Source: a virus (Duplodnaviria > Caudoviricetes). Taken from it: 37,720 nt of DNA. Position 1 is the first letter of the stretch. Each line of letters starts with the position of its first letter. The stretch is taken from the IMG/VR virus record IMGVR_UViG_3300032236_001563, positions 1 through 37,720 of that record. One strand, written 5' to 3'. This document shows positions 1 through 9,292 of this stretch, one piece after another. A model generated the notes under the pieces. It saw only the letters and a program-made list of their open reading frames with translations. It was not told where the DNA came from and did not search any database. A program made the position numbers and the translations under genes.

Positions 1-2470
1 GTTGCAACTGAAGAAGATAAGCTACCAATACTTGTTGAAACTGAAGAACTTAATGAACTAATTGCAGTTCCTACTGAACTACTTAAAGCAGATACTGATC
101 CACTTATAGAAGAACTAATAGAAGAGCTGAATGTTGTATAGTTTGTAGTTGCCGTGATATCAATTTGTGATGATCCAGAAACTAATGTTGTTGTATTTGA
201 TGTGATTGTACCTGTAACTACCAATGAACCTGTAACTTGTGTGTTGTTATTAATGCTAACAAACGTACCGCTACCACTATCAATGATTGTGCTATTTTGT
301 AAGTGGTCACCACCTTGAGAAACTGCTACAGTATATTTTGTTAAACCAAGTTCTTGACCCAACGATCCTGTGTTTCTTGGACCACTTAATAACATACCTC
401 CGTGGTAACTAGCACCACTATTCTTTTGATATATCCAACCACCATTTAAACTATCCCAGAATAATGAACCAGTGTCCCCTGCAGAACCACTATCATATAC
501 TGAAATACCAGCAAATCTTTGTGCTGGGTTATATGCATTTAAGTAAATTACATTTGATGTTACTTCTAAAGCTGATGCTGTTGTGTATACAATAGATGAA
601 GATCCAAGTACAGTCAAGTTTTGTGTGATTGTTACTGAACCAGTTACAATTTGATCACCATTAAAACTATTTCCTCCTGACAACTTCGCATATGAACCAG
701 TAACACCTTCGATAGATGCTAATCTAGCTTCTTGATTTGCGTCAGTTGTTGCTATTGAAGAACTGAATGTATTGTAACCAGTAACACTTGGTAAACTTAC
801 TTGTGCAGATCCGCTGAATACACCTTCAGTATTTAATTTGTTTTTAATTGTAGCATTAATAGATGATGTAAAACTATTCAATGAACTTGTTGCAGTTTCA
901 ATAGCCCCCAATCTATTATCTTGAGCTAAATTATATGACGCAACAGATCCACTTAAGCTATTAATACTAGCTGATACTGATCCACTTAATGAACCAATGC
1001 TAGTTGATATAGAAGAACTAAATGTTGAATAACCAGTTGTACCAGTTATGAATATTTGTGATGATCCTGAAACAAGTCCTCTTGCATTAATTTCATTATC
1101 GATTGTTGTATTAATTGATGCTGTGAATGTATTAAGACTTGCTGTAGTTGCATCTAAAGCAACCAATACCGCATTTTGTGAATTATCAATTGCTGCGATA
1201 GAACCACTTAATGAACCAATAGAAGAACTAAGGTTACTTGTAGTTGTTGCAACAGATGAACTTAATGAACCAATAGAAGAGCTAAGATTGCTTGTAGTTG
1301 TCGCAACTGATCCTGATAAAGAACCAATACTTGTTGAAACTGAAGAACTTAAGTTCAATGTTGTTGTTGCAACTGAACTAGATAAATTTCCAATCGTAGT
1401 ATTAAACGCCCCACTAATACTATTCAAGCTTGAGCTTAAACCTAATGTAGTAGTTGCTACAGAACTAGATAGCGATCCAATAGATGTTGATACAGAACTA
1501 GATAAGTTACTAATTGCGGTTTTAACTGATGAGCTTAATGCTGATACTGAACTACTAATAGAAGAACTAATTGAACTACTGAATGAAGTGTAATTAGTTG
1601 TTGCTGTAATATCAACCTGAATAGATCCGCTGATAACACCTTTAACATTTAACTCATTATCAATTGTTGTATTGATAGATGATGTAAAGCTGTTCAACGA
1701 ACTTGTTGCTGTTTCAAGATACCCTAATCTACCATTTTGAGCTAAATCTGTAGTAGCTATTGAGCTGCTTAAATTAGTTACTCTGGTATTAAATGAACTA
1801 GATAAGTTAACAGTCGTTGTTGCAACTGATGAACTTAAATTAGCGATACTATTAACAACTGAAGATGATAAAAATCCAATACTACTTGTTAGTGAAGACG
1901 ATAAATCTGTTATCTCACCGGCTAACGCATCTGTTGTTATTGTTATTGAACCTGAAATGCTATCTAAAGATGCGCTTAAATTATGTGTAGTCGTAGCAAC
2001 AGAAGAACTTAAACTTCCAATTGAAGAACTCAAATCCGAATTGTCCTGAGCTAAAGACGTACTTAAAGCTAAGGTTGTACTCGCTACGGAGCCACTAAGA
2101 GCACCTATAGAAGAACTGATTGAACTGCTGAATGTTGAATATCCAGTAGTGCTTGATATGTTTACTTGAACTGATCCTGAGATAACATTCTCAGCGTCCA
2201 ATTTACTTTTAATTGTTGTGTTAATAGACGATGTAAAGCTATTAAGACTGCTAGATGCGGTCTGTAAAGCATTTAATCTACTATTTTGACCAGCATCTGT
2301 TGTTGCAACAGAACTAGATAATGAACCAATTGATGAACTAAGATTACTAGTTGTTATCGCAACTGAACTAGATAAATTACCAATACTTGAGCTAAGACCA
2401 GAAGTCGTTGTCGCTACTGAGCCTGATAAATTACTAATTGAACTAGATATTGCAGTTGTTAATGTTGTAA
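1..2470 (-). repeat. Degenerate coding repeats: ~18-aa SSSVATTTSxLSSSIGSL units plus four ~60-aa units (Q..RL..LET.T.SLN.FTSSINTTI..EL...GVISGS.QV..TGY.TFSSSI)
   Basis: The INTTI/INATI core occurs near 2211-2225, 1662-1676, 1101-1115 and 847-861. The short units recur between them. Confidence 0.85.
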
Positions 2471-3050
2471 AATTAGTTGTTTGCGTAACATCAACCTGTC
2501 CAGAACCAGAAACGATTCCATCTGGCTTATTTGCAATATTATCCCAAGTTGTTTGAGTAATTGTACCACTTATGATATATCTCTGATCGTAAGAACCTGT
2601 TAATTGTGAACTGCTAGATACTAAAGTAGGTAAATTTCTTAATGTTGTATAGTCAGCAGCACCTACAATATTACCGGTAACTGTTAATGATCCTGTAATC
2701 TCAGTTTTAGTATTAACTCTCAACCCACTAGCCGCAGAAATTGAGGCTGTAGCATTACCAGACGCAATTCTAGACAAATTTAAGCCTACAATGCTAGCTG
2801 CCGGGATGTTATTTAACCCTGAACCATCACCAATAAATGACCCAGTAAATGAGCCTGTGGTATAAGAAGACGTGAATTCGTCAAAACTTGCTGTTAATAA
2901 ATAAGCATCAGCATAAGCTGCACTTACAGCATTTGTAATTGTACCCGAAATATTAGCTGTTAACAGACCTAAGACCGTTAAATCACCAGAAATTTCGGCT
3001 GAACCTGATACCGAAAGGGAGCCAGATACGTGTGCGTCATATATATTCAT
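1..3050 (-). CDS. Ser/Thr-rich repeat tail-fibre/virion protein, N-terminal >1016 aa, 3' end runs off the window
   Basis: ATG at 3050-3048 reads MNIYDAHVSGSLSVSGSAEISGDLTVLG. The same frame reads LSSSVSTSIGSLSSSVA at the window edge. The ORF track lists no minus-strand ORF here, consistent with a stop-free frame. It shares repeat units with 34972-37720 and has a globular-looking segment (YLNAYNPAQRFAGISVYDSGSAGDTGSLFWDSLNGGWIY) near 430-550. Confidence 0.85.
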   Translation of the reverse strand, partial: MNIYDAHVSGSLSVSGSAEISGDLTVLGLLTANISGTITNAVSAAYADAYLLTASFDEFTSSYTTGSFTGSFIGDGSGLNNIPAASIVGLNLSRIASGNATASISAASGLRVNTKTEITGSLTVTGNIVGAADYTTLRNLPTLVSSSSQLTGSYDQRYIISGTITQTTWDNIANKPDGIVSGSGQVDVTQTTNFTTLTTAISSSISNLSGSVATTTSGLSSSIGNLSSSVAITTSNLSSSIGSLSSSVATTDAGQNSRLNALQTASSSLNSFTSSINTTIKSKLDAENVISGSVQVNISSTTGYSTFSSSISSSIGALSGSVASTTLALSTSLAQDNSDLSSSIGSLSSSVATTTHNLSASLDSISGSITITTDALAGEITDLSSSLTSSIGFLSSSVVNSIANLSSSVATTTVNLSSSFNTRVTNLSSSIATTDLAQNGRLGYLETATSSLNSFTSSINTTIDNELNVKGVISGSIQVDITATTNYTSFSSSISSSISSSVSALSSSVKTAISNLSSSVSTSIGSLSSSVATTTLGLSSSLNSISGAFNTTIGNLSSSVATTTLNLSSSVSTSIGSLSGSVATTTSNLSSSIGSLSSSVATTTSNLSSSIGSLSGSIAAIDNSQNAVLVALDATTASLNTFTASINTTIDNEINARGLVSGSSQIFITGTTGYSTFSSSISTSIGSLSGSVSASINSLSGSVASYNLAQDNRLGAIETATSSLNSFTSSINATIKNKLNTEGVFSGSAQVSLPSVTGYNTFSSSIATTDANQEARLASIEGVTGSYAKLSGGNSFNGDQIVTGSVTITQNLTVLGSSSIVYTTASALEVTSNVIYLNAYNPAQRFAGISVYDSGSAGDTGSLFWDSLNGGWIYQKNSGASYHGGMLLSGPRNTGSLGQELGLTKYTVAVSQGGDHLQNSTIIDSGSGTFVSINNNTQVTGSLVVTGTITSNTTTLVSGSSQIDITATTNYTTFSSSISSSISGSVSALSSSVGTAISSLSSSVSTSIGSLSSSVA

Positions 3051-3073
3051 CTATAAATTGGTATTACTCATAG

Positions 3074-3080
3074 ATAAATA
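3074..3080 (-). promoter_or_regulatory. TATTTAT motif in the intergenic gap upstream of the fibre gene (possible late promoter)
   Basis: The same motif lies at 7375-7382. It is short and AT-rich, so weak. Confidence 0.3.
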
Positions 3081-3116
3081 CTTGAATTATTGAACCTGAA
3101 ACCCTAATTTATAGAT

Positions 3117-4181
3117 TTATATGATTGTTTTTTGAAAATCAAACAAATCATTCATGTTGTGGAATATTTGAGCATCAGCACCTATTTTTTTTAATTCTTT
3201 TTTGAAATTTTCATGATCTGGATGTGATTCATCCCATATTTTTCTAAGTTTATACTCACCATCACTAAATGTTCCCCAATTAACAATTTTACCAAAATAA
3301 ATTACAGCCTTATCCCCAAATATTCCTTTAATTAACTTCACAAAATCATACATTTCATGATAATTACATGCTTGGACCACAAATGAGGTTCTAACAAACT
3401 TAAGTGTTGGAATTGTGCTTATAAATTTCAAGTTATTAATCAACTTATTCCAATCCCCGCCAATCCTAGTATAATTCTCATATGTTTCTTTAGTTGCAGC
3501 ATCAATACTAATTTCACAACCCTTAACATATGGGTGAATATTTTTCATGCTATTCCACATTTCCTCAGTCCACATGCTTGCATTAGTATGTAAGTGTATC
3601 TTCTCTAATTTTGGGTATTTGTTGGGATGGAAATCTCTAAGGAATTTTCTAAATGAAACTGAAATGAATGGATCTCCGCTACCAGTTATATAGATGACTT
3701 TTATGTCATTAGAATAAGTGGTTTCTATTTCTTCAATTGTTGCCTGAACGCTTTTTATCTTTACGCTATCAGCAATGTAAACTTCTAATCTACAAGATGG
3801 GCAGCTAAAATTACAAGATCTATCAAAAGCGAATTGAACAATCTCCGGTCCAGTATTAATGATTCCAGTTGTTTCATCATAATTTTTAACCCACTTATTG
3901 AAATCTTTTTTTTCAATTATACCCCCTTGTCTATGACCTTTATTTTTATTTAATATTCCGGAAAGATAAGGACAAGTAGTTTTATCACAATATTTAAATG
4001 ATCCATCAAATAAAGACTTTCTAATATCTCTAAACTCTTCTGAATTCCATTGTTCTTCTATTGTTTTATTATCGGTTGACGTATTTTTGGGTAACCAATT
4101 AGGACAGCATAAAAAAGATGCGCTGTCATGGATTTCAATATTTTTAAATGGGGTTAAACAAACATAATTTTCTAAAATCAT
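3117..4181 (-). CDS. Radical SAM protein with N-terminal Cys-rich (SPASM/twitch-like) region
   Basis: CNFSCPSC (CxxxCxxC), GSGDPF, LHTNAS and ISIDA motifs; N-terminal CLTPF...LCC...CDKTTC. Confidence 0.88.
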   Translation of the reverse strand: MILENYVCLTPFKNIEIHDSASFLCCPNWLPKNTSTDNKTIEEQWNSEEFRDIRKSLFDGSFKYCDKTTCPYLSGILNKNKGHRQGGIIEKKDFNKWVKNYDETTGIINTGPEIVQFAFDRSCNFSCPSCRLEVYIADSVKIKSVQATIEEIETTYSNDIKVIYITGSGDPFISVSFRKFLRDFHPNKYPKLEKIHLHTNASMWTEEMWNSMKNIHPYVKGCEISIDAATKETYENYTRIGGDWNKLINNLKFISTIPTLKFVRTSFVVQACNYHEMYDFVKLIKGIFGDKAVIYFGKIVNWGTFSDGEYKLRKIWDESHPDHENFKKELKKIGADAQIFHNMNDLFDFQKTII

Positions 4182-4774
4182 ATAATTGTTTTAGTGTTCT
4201 TTTCAGATCTATATTTTTTTTCCGAACTTAAGAATAAATTATATATATCCTCATCATATATGCAATTAATTTCATCGAGAAAATTTAACATGTTATTTTT
4301 ATCAAAATATAAATCTTCATAATAAAACATTTTTATATTTTTTTTAATAACATAATCATTAATTTCTGTTTTTACATCATTAAGAATGATCAAACTAAGA
4401 TCAAATTTATCATTATCTTTTTTGTTATCAAAAATATACGAATCGAACCAATTATCGTTAATTAAAGCTGCGGAATAGCTTTCTGATTGTTTTTCAACAT
4501 TTCTTCTACTTAAAAAAACAATTTTATCAAAATCATTCAAAACCATATCGTAAAAATCAGTGATAGGTATTTCTGAATACTTTTTTGGGATTTGTCTGAA
4601 TAATTGTTTAACAAAAACATTTTCATTTTTTAAAACAAAATCATACTCAAACGGTGGTTCTTTTATTTTATTAAATGGCTCAAGAAAAACTTTATAAGTG
4701 GGCATTACAGCATGAAAATATTTTCCAATTGATGTTGACCCAGTCCGTGGTTCCGCAACTAATATTATTTTCAT
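4178..4774 (-). CDS. Sulfotransferase-like protein (Stf0-like, PAPS-binding loop)
   Basis: N-terminal ILVAEPRTGSTS matches the 5'-PSB loop; also EPF, LSRRNVEKQSES (3'-PB R...S) and YYEDL. APS kinase is encoded nearby. Confidence 0.72.
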   Translation of the reverse strand: MKIILVAEPRTGSTSIGKYFHAVMPTYKVFLEPFNKIKEPPFEYDFVLKNENVFVKQLFRQIPKKYSEIPITDFYDMVLNDFDKIVFLSRRNVEKQSESYSAALINDNWFDSYIFDNKKDNDKFDLSLIILNDVKTEINDYVIKKNIKMFYYEDLYFDKNNMLNFLDEINCIYDEDIYNLFLSSEKKYRSEKNTKTII

Positions 4775-5322
4775 ATAAAACTTTTCTTGTTATATGGTTT
4801 TAGATAATCATTAAAAATCGTAATAATCATCGATTTACGCTCCCCACCGGTAATAAGCTCGACCTCATGCGGAACCTCTGTTGTTATAACTAAAGCCGTA
4901 CCGATTTCTTTACTAATTGCTTTTTGTTTATCATCTGATGTATAATAAAAAAAAGTGCCCCCATCATAATCATTTTCATCACTCAATTGACAAATAAATG
5001 CACCAAATCGATTGCGTTCAACCTTATCTTCATCGGAGTGTTTCACAATAAAATTACCATTATTATATTTGTAAATCTCAAATGGTAACTTATCAACTGC
5101 AAATTCAAACTCAAAGCTATTGAATAGTTTATTAATTTTTTGAAATATTGGGTCATCTTTTAAAATTACAGCATTTGTTAAAAAACTATTTCTTCTTTTA
5201 AGATTGTATGCAATCTCACCAGTATTTCCAGCTTTGAAATATGACTGAACATAATCACCACCTAATCCTTTAATGTATTCACATTCAGATTGATCAAATA
5301 ATTTTCCCTCGAACAAAAGCAT
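4771..5322 (-). CDS. 2OG-Fe(II) oxygenase (prolyl-hydroxylase/PKHD-like)
   Basis: HSD (HxD), QLSDENDYDGGTF, and PHEVELITGGERKS (distal His and RxS). Confidence 0.88.
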   Translation of the reverse strand: MLLFEGKLFDQSECEYIKGLGGDYVQSYFKAGNTGEIAYNLKRRNSFLTNAVILKDDPIFQKINKLFNSFEFEFAVDKLPFEIYKYNNGNFIVKHSDEDKVERNRFGAFICQLSDENDYDGGTFFYYTSDDKQKAISKEIGTALVITTEVPHEVELITGGERKSMIITIFNDYLKPYNKKSFI

Positions 5323-5325
5323 AAA

Positions 5326-5466
5326 TTATGAATGAGCATTTTTCAAATATGCAATAAAATTAACCATAACCTGATTAATTTTTGCTTTTTCGTTTGTTGA
5401 AACTGGTATTGTTGATCTGTTCTTTAAATCTGATATTTTAATAGATTTATATACGTTTACTGCCAT
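5326..5466 (-). CDS. Small 46-aa protein MAVNVYKSIKISDLKNRSTIPVSTNEKAKINQVMVNFIAYLKNAHS, not in the ORF track
   Basis: ATG at 5466-5464, TAA at 5328-5326. It fills the gap between neighbours (12 nt and 3 nt spacers) and has an A-rich upstream region. Confidence 0.75.
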   Translation of the reverse strand: MAVNVYKSIKISDLKNRSTIPVSTNEKAKINQVMVNFIAYLKNAHS

Positions 5467-5478
5467 GATTTTAATTTT

Positions 5479-7341
5479 TTAAACTTTGTTATGAACTAAT
5501 ATATTATTTGTGTAAAAATTATGATTATCTTCAACTGAGAAAATATACGTTTGGGTATCTTCAGGTTTTAAAACTACGATTTCTTTAATTGCTGTTTGTC
5601 CACCTGTAGCTAACCTAACTAAATCACCAACTTTTATTTTACGTACTTCTCTATCTATGTTATATCTTTCATTTGTCCATTCAGGAATAAATGATGCTAA
5701 CTCTAATCCATTAACATATGTGGGGTGATCGAATGTACATGTAAATGAAGTATCATTTGTGAAATGATATGTTACCAAATCATTGTGAATTGGTTGTTTT
5801 AAAGTCAATACTTTCTTAGGTTCAATACTTAATGTAGTTTCATTAAATGAAAGAACTTCATCTCCAATAACAACATCTTCAATATTTTTAAATGTGCCGT
5901 CACTCATATTTATTTTTGTACCAGCTGGAAAACAAGATCCACCACTATAAATTTTATTGTGAGAAATTAATCTTAAAATTTTTGACCCGCCAAATAAGAA
6001 GTTATCAATGTCCTCCATATTAGGCATATATAATGTTTCATTTGTGGTTAATATTTCAATTTGCACATCAACTATTGGTACTAAATTACCATCAGAATTG
6101 AATATTGAATAATCAGTTGATAATTGATTTACTGGTGAATATTGTACAGTATTGGTTACTGAATTATATGTTAATAATCTACCTCCACCACCAAGTCTAA
6201 CTATTTCATCATTATCAAAAACAATTTTAGTAATTTCATTTGCAAATGGTTCATCAGTATTCAAAAATACCAATTTAGATGTACTTGGATAAGAACCATC
6301 TGGTAAAGTGTTACCAGTAATACTCCATAAATCTAATACATCGAAATCATCAGTATTAGGTGCTCCATTAACAAAATATGATGGATAAGTTGCACCAACA
6401 ACCATAGTAGAGATAGGTACTTCATTACCATCTTCATTTACAATTGGTTCATCACCTAATAAACCATCTTTATCATTTTTAATAATATTAGTCGCATATT
6501 CATAATAATGAACAACGTCAATTTGATTTGATATTTGAGTGTTATCGATTTCAATTGTATTAGGTAAACTAAACAATGCATTAACTTCATATTCACCTAC
6601 ATTACATAAGTCTAAATTTGGTCCATAAACAATCATAAAAGACCTAAGTGAAGAAACATAATTATTTGCAATTTGATCTGAATTAATATGATATTGTTGG
6701 ACTAAATTATTTGGTGTTGCAATATTTTGTATAAATTCATTATATCTATCTTGTCCGTTCAATTCTGGTTTACCTACTTTATAAAATGGGAATGATTTAT
6801 GGTCAACTAACACTGGTTTAACAACTAAATCAGGAACGTTTTGGGCGTTGAATAATGTTGTATCTAAAGTATTATAAGTACCATAATCACTTGAAGAATG
6901 GTAAAAATTAACAATGGACGCTGCGTCACTATTATCTGCAAATAATTTCAATAAATTCAAGGTTCCTTTAGCATATTCTGAGTCTAAAATAGCTGTTTCG
7001 TCATAAGCCATTCTTAAAATAAACTTACTAGCATCATCTGCTGGAGTAAAAGGGAAAATTGAATCGCCAGGAACCACTATCGGTGTTATCGTAGTGATAA
7101 ATGGCGCAGATTGACCCAAAACTTGGGTTAATTGGTTAACTAATTTACTGTGTAAGTCAGTTTTATATACAATCACAACTTCAGTAATGTTGTTTTGACT
7201 TAAAATTTCGATAAAATCGCTATAATCAAAATAAGCTAAAGCTGAATAATAATTGGCTGTTGTATCCGTATTGATTTCCAAAAGTTTTAAATCACCATTT
7301 GCGTCTCTAACGAAATCTGAGGAAAAAAAGGTCCCTTTCAT
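5479..7341 (-). CDS. Circularly permuted ATP-grasp (glutathionylspermidine-synthase-like) domain fused to two tandem Hint/BIL domains
   Basis: N-terminal SDFVRDANGDLKLLEINTDT, followed by VVKP and LVQQY. Hint-1 spans aa 293-462 (GLLGDEPIVNEDG...ISHN). Hint-2 spans aa 470-618 (CFPAGTKINMSDG...TFDH...NHNFYTNNILVHN). Confidence 0.8.
   Translation of the reverse strand: MKGTFFSSDFVRDANGDLKLLEINTDTTANYYSALAYFDYSDFIEILSQNNITEVVIVYKTDLHSKLVNQLTQVLGQSAPFITTITPIVVPGDSIFPFTPADDASKFILRMAYDETAILDSEYAKGTLNLLKLFADNSDAASIVNFYHSSSDYGTYNTLDTTLFNAQNVPDLVVKPVLVDHKSFPFYKVGKPELNGQDRYNEFIQNIATPNNLVQQYHINSDQIANNYVSSLRSFMIVYGPNLDLCNVGEYEVNALFSLPNTIEIDNTQISNQIDVVHYYEYATNIIKNDKDGLLGDEPIVNEDGNEVPISTMVVGATYPSYFVNGAPNTDDFDVLDLWSITGNTLPDGSYPSTSKLVFLNTDEPFANEITKIVFDNDEIVRLGGGGRLLTYNSVTNTVQYSPVNQLSTDYSIFNSDGNLVPIVDVQIEILTTNETLYMPNMEDIDNFLFGGSKILRLISHNKIYSGGSCFPAGTKINMSDGTFKNIEDVVIGDEVLSFNETTLSIEPKKVLTLKQPIHNDLVTYHFTNDTSFTCTFDHPTYVNGLELASFIPEWTNERYNIDREVRKIKVGDLVRLATGGQTAIKEIVVLKPEDTQTYIFSVEDNHNFYTNNILVHNKV
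5488..5934 (-). other. Hint-2: intact Hint/BIL-type self-processing domain, no homing endonuclease
   Basis: Cys1 (C470), block B TFDH, block F/G TYIFSVEDNHNFYTNNILVHN, followed by K-V-stop. Confidence 0.92.
5956..6465 (-). other. Hint-1: degenerate Hint domain (Cys1 replaced by Gly, no TxxH, terminal His-Asn retained)
   Basis: GLLGDEPIVNEDGNEVPISTMVVG aligns without gaps to CFPAGTKINMSDGTFKNIEDVVIG. It ends LYMPNMEDIDNFLFGGSKILRLISHN, parallel to TYIFSVEDNHNFYTNNILVHN. Confidence 0.75.
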
Positions 7342-7374
7342 ATGTTAATTTTTATAATTTCTTAATGTTTTATA

Positions 7375-7382
7375 TATAAATA
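7375..7382 (-). promoter_or_regulatory. TATTTATA motif upstream of the ATP-grasp/Hint gene (possible late promoter)
   Basis: Sits in one of the few intergenic gaps; reverse complement of the T4 late consensus TATAAATA. Confidence 0.3.
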
Positions 7383-8117
7383 TCAAATTAATGTTTTGAT
7401 TTCAGATATTATTTTTTCAATTTTATACTTAGAATTACCATGATAATGTCTATAATATTGGTTTTTTCGCCCTAAAAACACAGAAATTGGTTTATAAGTG
7501 CATTTCATCTGATCAACTAATACGGTTAATAAATACTGTGCAGATACTGCTGTTTGTTGGTTTACATATTTGATTTTATGGTTTTTAACTAGTTTGTTAA
7601 ATTGCTTCCAACATTTAACATATTCTTCTTTTAGTCTTGTATTGGTAATTCTTAAAACACCACAATTGATTACTTTAATAATATCTGTTGTTATTTTAAT
7701 TGGTAACTGATTATTGGTGTCTAGTTCTAATAATTCCGATATCGCATCCCCATAAACATCCTTGAAATGATTGGTTTCATATGCATCAAAAGTGACATCC
7801 TCATCGTATATTGGTAACTTAGATTCTAATATTACATCTCCATCAATTAAATAATAATCGTCAGTTCTCTCCTCAAGTACTTTAAATTTGAATGAATCGA
7901 AAAAAAATGAATCCTCATATTTTTCCAAGAAAATAATCTCATCTACTAAATTTACAAAATAATCCTCACATGCTTTATTAGTGTAAATTATAGTATAATA
8001 TCCTAACTTTTTAGCTTTTGAGATTGAAAATTTATAAAAATCTATCAACTTACTTTTATAGTCAAATTCAACATATTTAATTTCATTATTGAAATCTAAC
8101 GTCCAAATCAATTTCAT
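7383..8117 (-). CDS. GT-A-fold glycosyltransferase-like protein (DUF6734-like); paralog of 23113-23964
   Basis: DxD motif LIDGDVIL, INCGVL, SAQYLL, and a C-terminal HYHG. Confidence 0.6.
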   Translation of the reverse strand: MKLIWTLDFNNEIKYVEFDYKSKLIDFYKFSISKAKKLGYYTIIYTNKACEDYFVNLVDEIIFLEKYEDSFFFDSFKFKVLEERTDDYYLIDGDVILESKLPIYDEDVTFDAYETNHFKDVYGDAISELLELDTNNQLPIKITTDIIKVINCGVLRITNTRLKEEYVKCWKQFNKLVKNHKIKYVNQQTAVSAQYLLTVLVDQMKCTYKPISVFLGRKNQYYRHYHGNSKYKIEKIISEIKTLI

Positions 8118-8572
8118 ATCAATTTATTTGTTTTTTCTAATATATCCTTAATTAAAAAAGCTATCAAAGTAAATCTTTTACCTATTGTTTTTTCGACCTT
8201 ATGTCGTTCGTCACCGGTAAAATAAACCATTGAACCTTTTGTAGGCTTGATGGCGTCTTGATTAAGAAATATTAATTCGCCACCTTCAAAGTCGTCATTT
8301 AAGAATATAGCAAATGAAAATGGCTCGGTATGCGCATGATAATATTCAACTTGATCTATTGTTTCGTCCACTAATTGTAATCGCAATATTGTATAATGCT
8401 TTTTTATTTTTATTTTGGTTGGTAGATTTAAATCATCAATTATAGATAATAAATCCATACCCTTAAACCTATAAATGTTATCATTTACTTCATTAGATTT
8501 TGCATCATTCCATAATGAAATAATAGCATCACATTCTTCAACAGTTAAAAAATTAGGTATAATTTTTATCAT
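8114..8572 (-). CDS. 2OG-Fe(II) oxygenase
   Basis: IIPNFLTVEECD, YHAHTE, FLNDDFEGGEL, RHKVEKTIGKRFTL. Confidence 0.88.
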   Translation of the reverse strand: MIKIIPNFLTVEECDAIISLWNDAKSNEVNDNIYRFKGMDLLSIIDDLNLPTKIKIKKHYTILRLQLVDETIDQVEYYHAHTEPFSFAIFLNDDFEGGELIFLNQDAIKPTKGSMVYFTGDERHKVEKTIGKRFTLIAFLIKDILEKTNKLI

Positions 8573-9054
8573 ATCAACGTTTTGTTATACTCAACTTTTA
8601 AATTTAAAAAAGTGTAAACACTATATCTTGTATTTTTCAGTACCGTATCAACTTTATGTTGTACGCCGTGATTTAACATTATAGTAAGCCCAGCTTTTGG
8701 TGTAATTCTTTTTTTTTCAATTTTACTATCATATAAAACCAAATCACCACCTTCAAAATCATCGTTTAAGTATGTGATATAACTAATTTCACATTCATCT
8801 ACATGTTTACTACTCAATAATTGTCTTTCTGGGGATATAATATTAATACCCGTTTCTTTAACTATATATTTCCCATTTTCAGTTATCAACGTATAATAAT
8901 TTTTTAATTTATTTTGATCAATTCTTAATGAATCAAAATATTGAGCTTTTTTATTATGCATTGTATTATAAACCCAACTTTCAGGATTATTAATGACACT
9001 GTACAAATATTCGATTTCACTTTCCAATAATATATTGTCTAATCTACTATACAT
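8569..9054 (-). CDS. 2OG-Fe(II) oxygenase
   Basis: KHVD, YLNDDFEGGDL, QHKVDTVLKNTRYS. Confidence 0.88.
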   Translation of the reverse strand: MYSRLDNILLESEIEYLYSVINNPESWVYNTMHNKKAQYFDSLRIDQNKLKNYYTLITENGKYIVKETGINIISPERQLLSSKHVDECEISYITYLNDDFEGGDLVLYDSKIEKKRITPKAGLTIMLNHGVQHKVDTVLKNTRYSVYTFLNLKVEYNKTLI

Positions 9055-9265
9055 TATCTTTATTTAATCCGTACTTAATCCATTTATACCAAATTCTTTC
9101 GTGTATATAATACTGTGCTGGCTTCCATAAAAGTTCTGCAACACCAAATGCGGCGCCCCACTTAATTGAACCAGTTACTAACCACATAGTAATAAAACCA
9201 ATAGTAGTACTTACAATTCTATAGCTAATTGTCTTTGCGATATGTCGTTTCTTTTGCACTATCAT
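9047..9265 (-). CDS. DUF2061-like small membrane protein
   Basis: KRHIAKTISYRIVST...YYIHERIWYKWIKYG signature with a hydrophobic core. This family is commonly linked to APS kinase. Confidence 0.82.
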   Translation of the reverse strand: MIVQKKRHIAKTISYRIVSTTIGFITMWLVTGSIKWGAAFGVAELLWKPAQYYIHERIWYKWIKYGLNKDNV

Positions 9266-9292
9266 ATTGATGTTCTATTTAATAAATCTAAA

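Noticed and set aside
1048-1593. 181-aa plus-strand ORF with repeating VVATDELNEPIEELRL
   Set aside because: Antisense shadow of the Ser/Thr repeats in the minus-strand fibre gene.
3051-3116. Rho-independent terminators in intergenic gaps
   Set aside because: No convincing GC-rich hairpin with a U-tract was seen in this or the other gaps.
5488-5934. Hint-2 as a mobile, canonically splicing intein
   Set aside because: It has no homing endonuclease, the +1 residue is Lys rather than Cys/Ser/Thr, and the C-extein is only 2 aa. It fits a BIL/Hedgehog-like processing domain.
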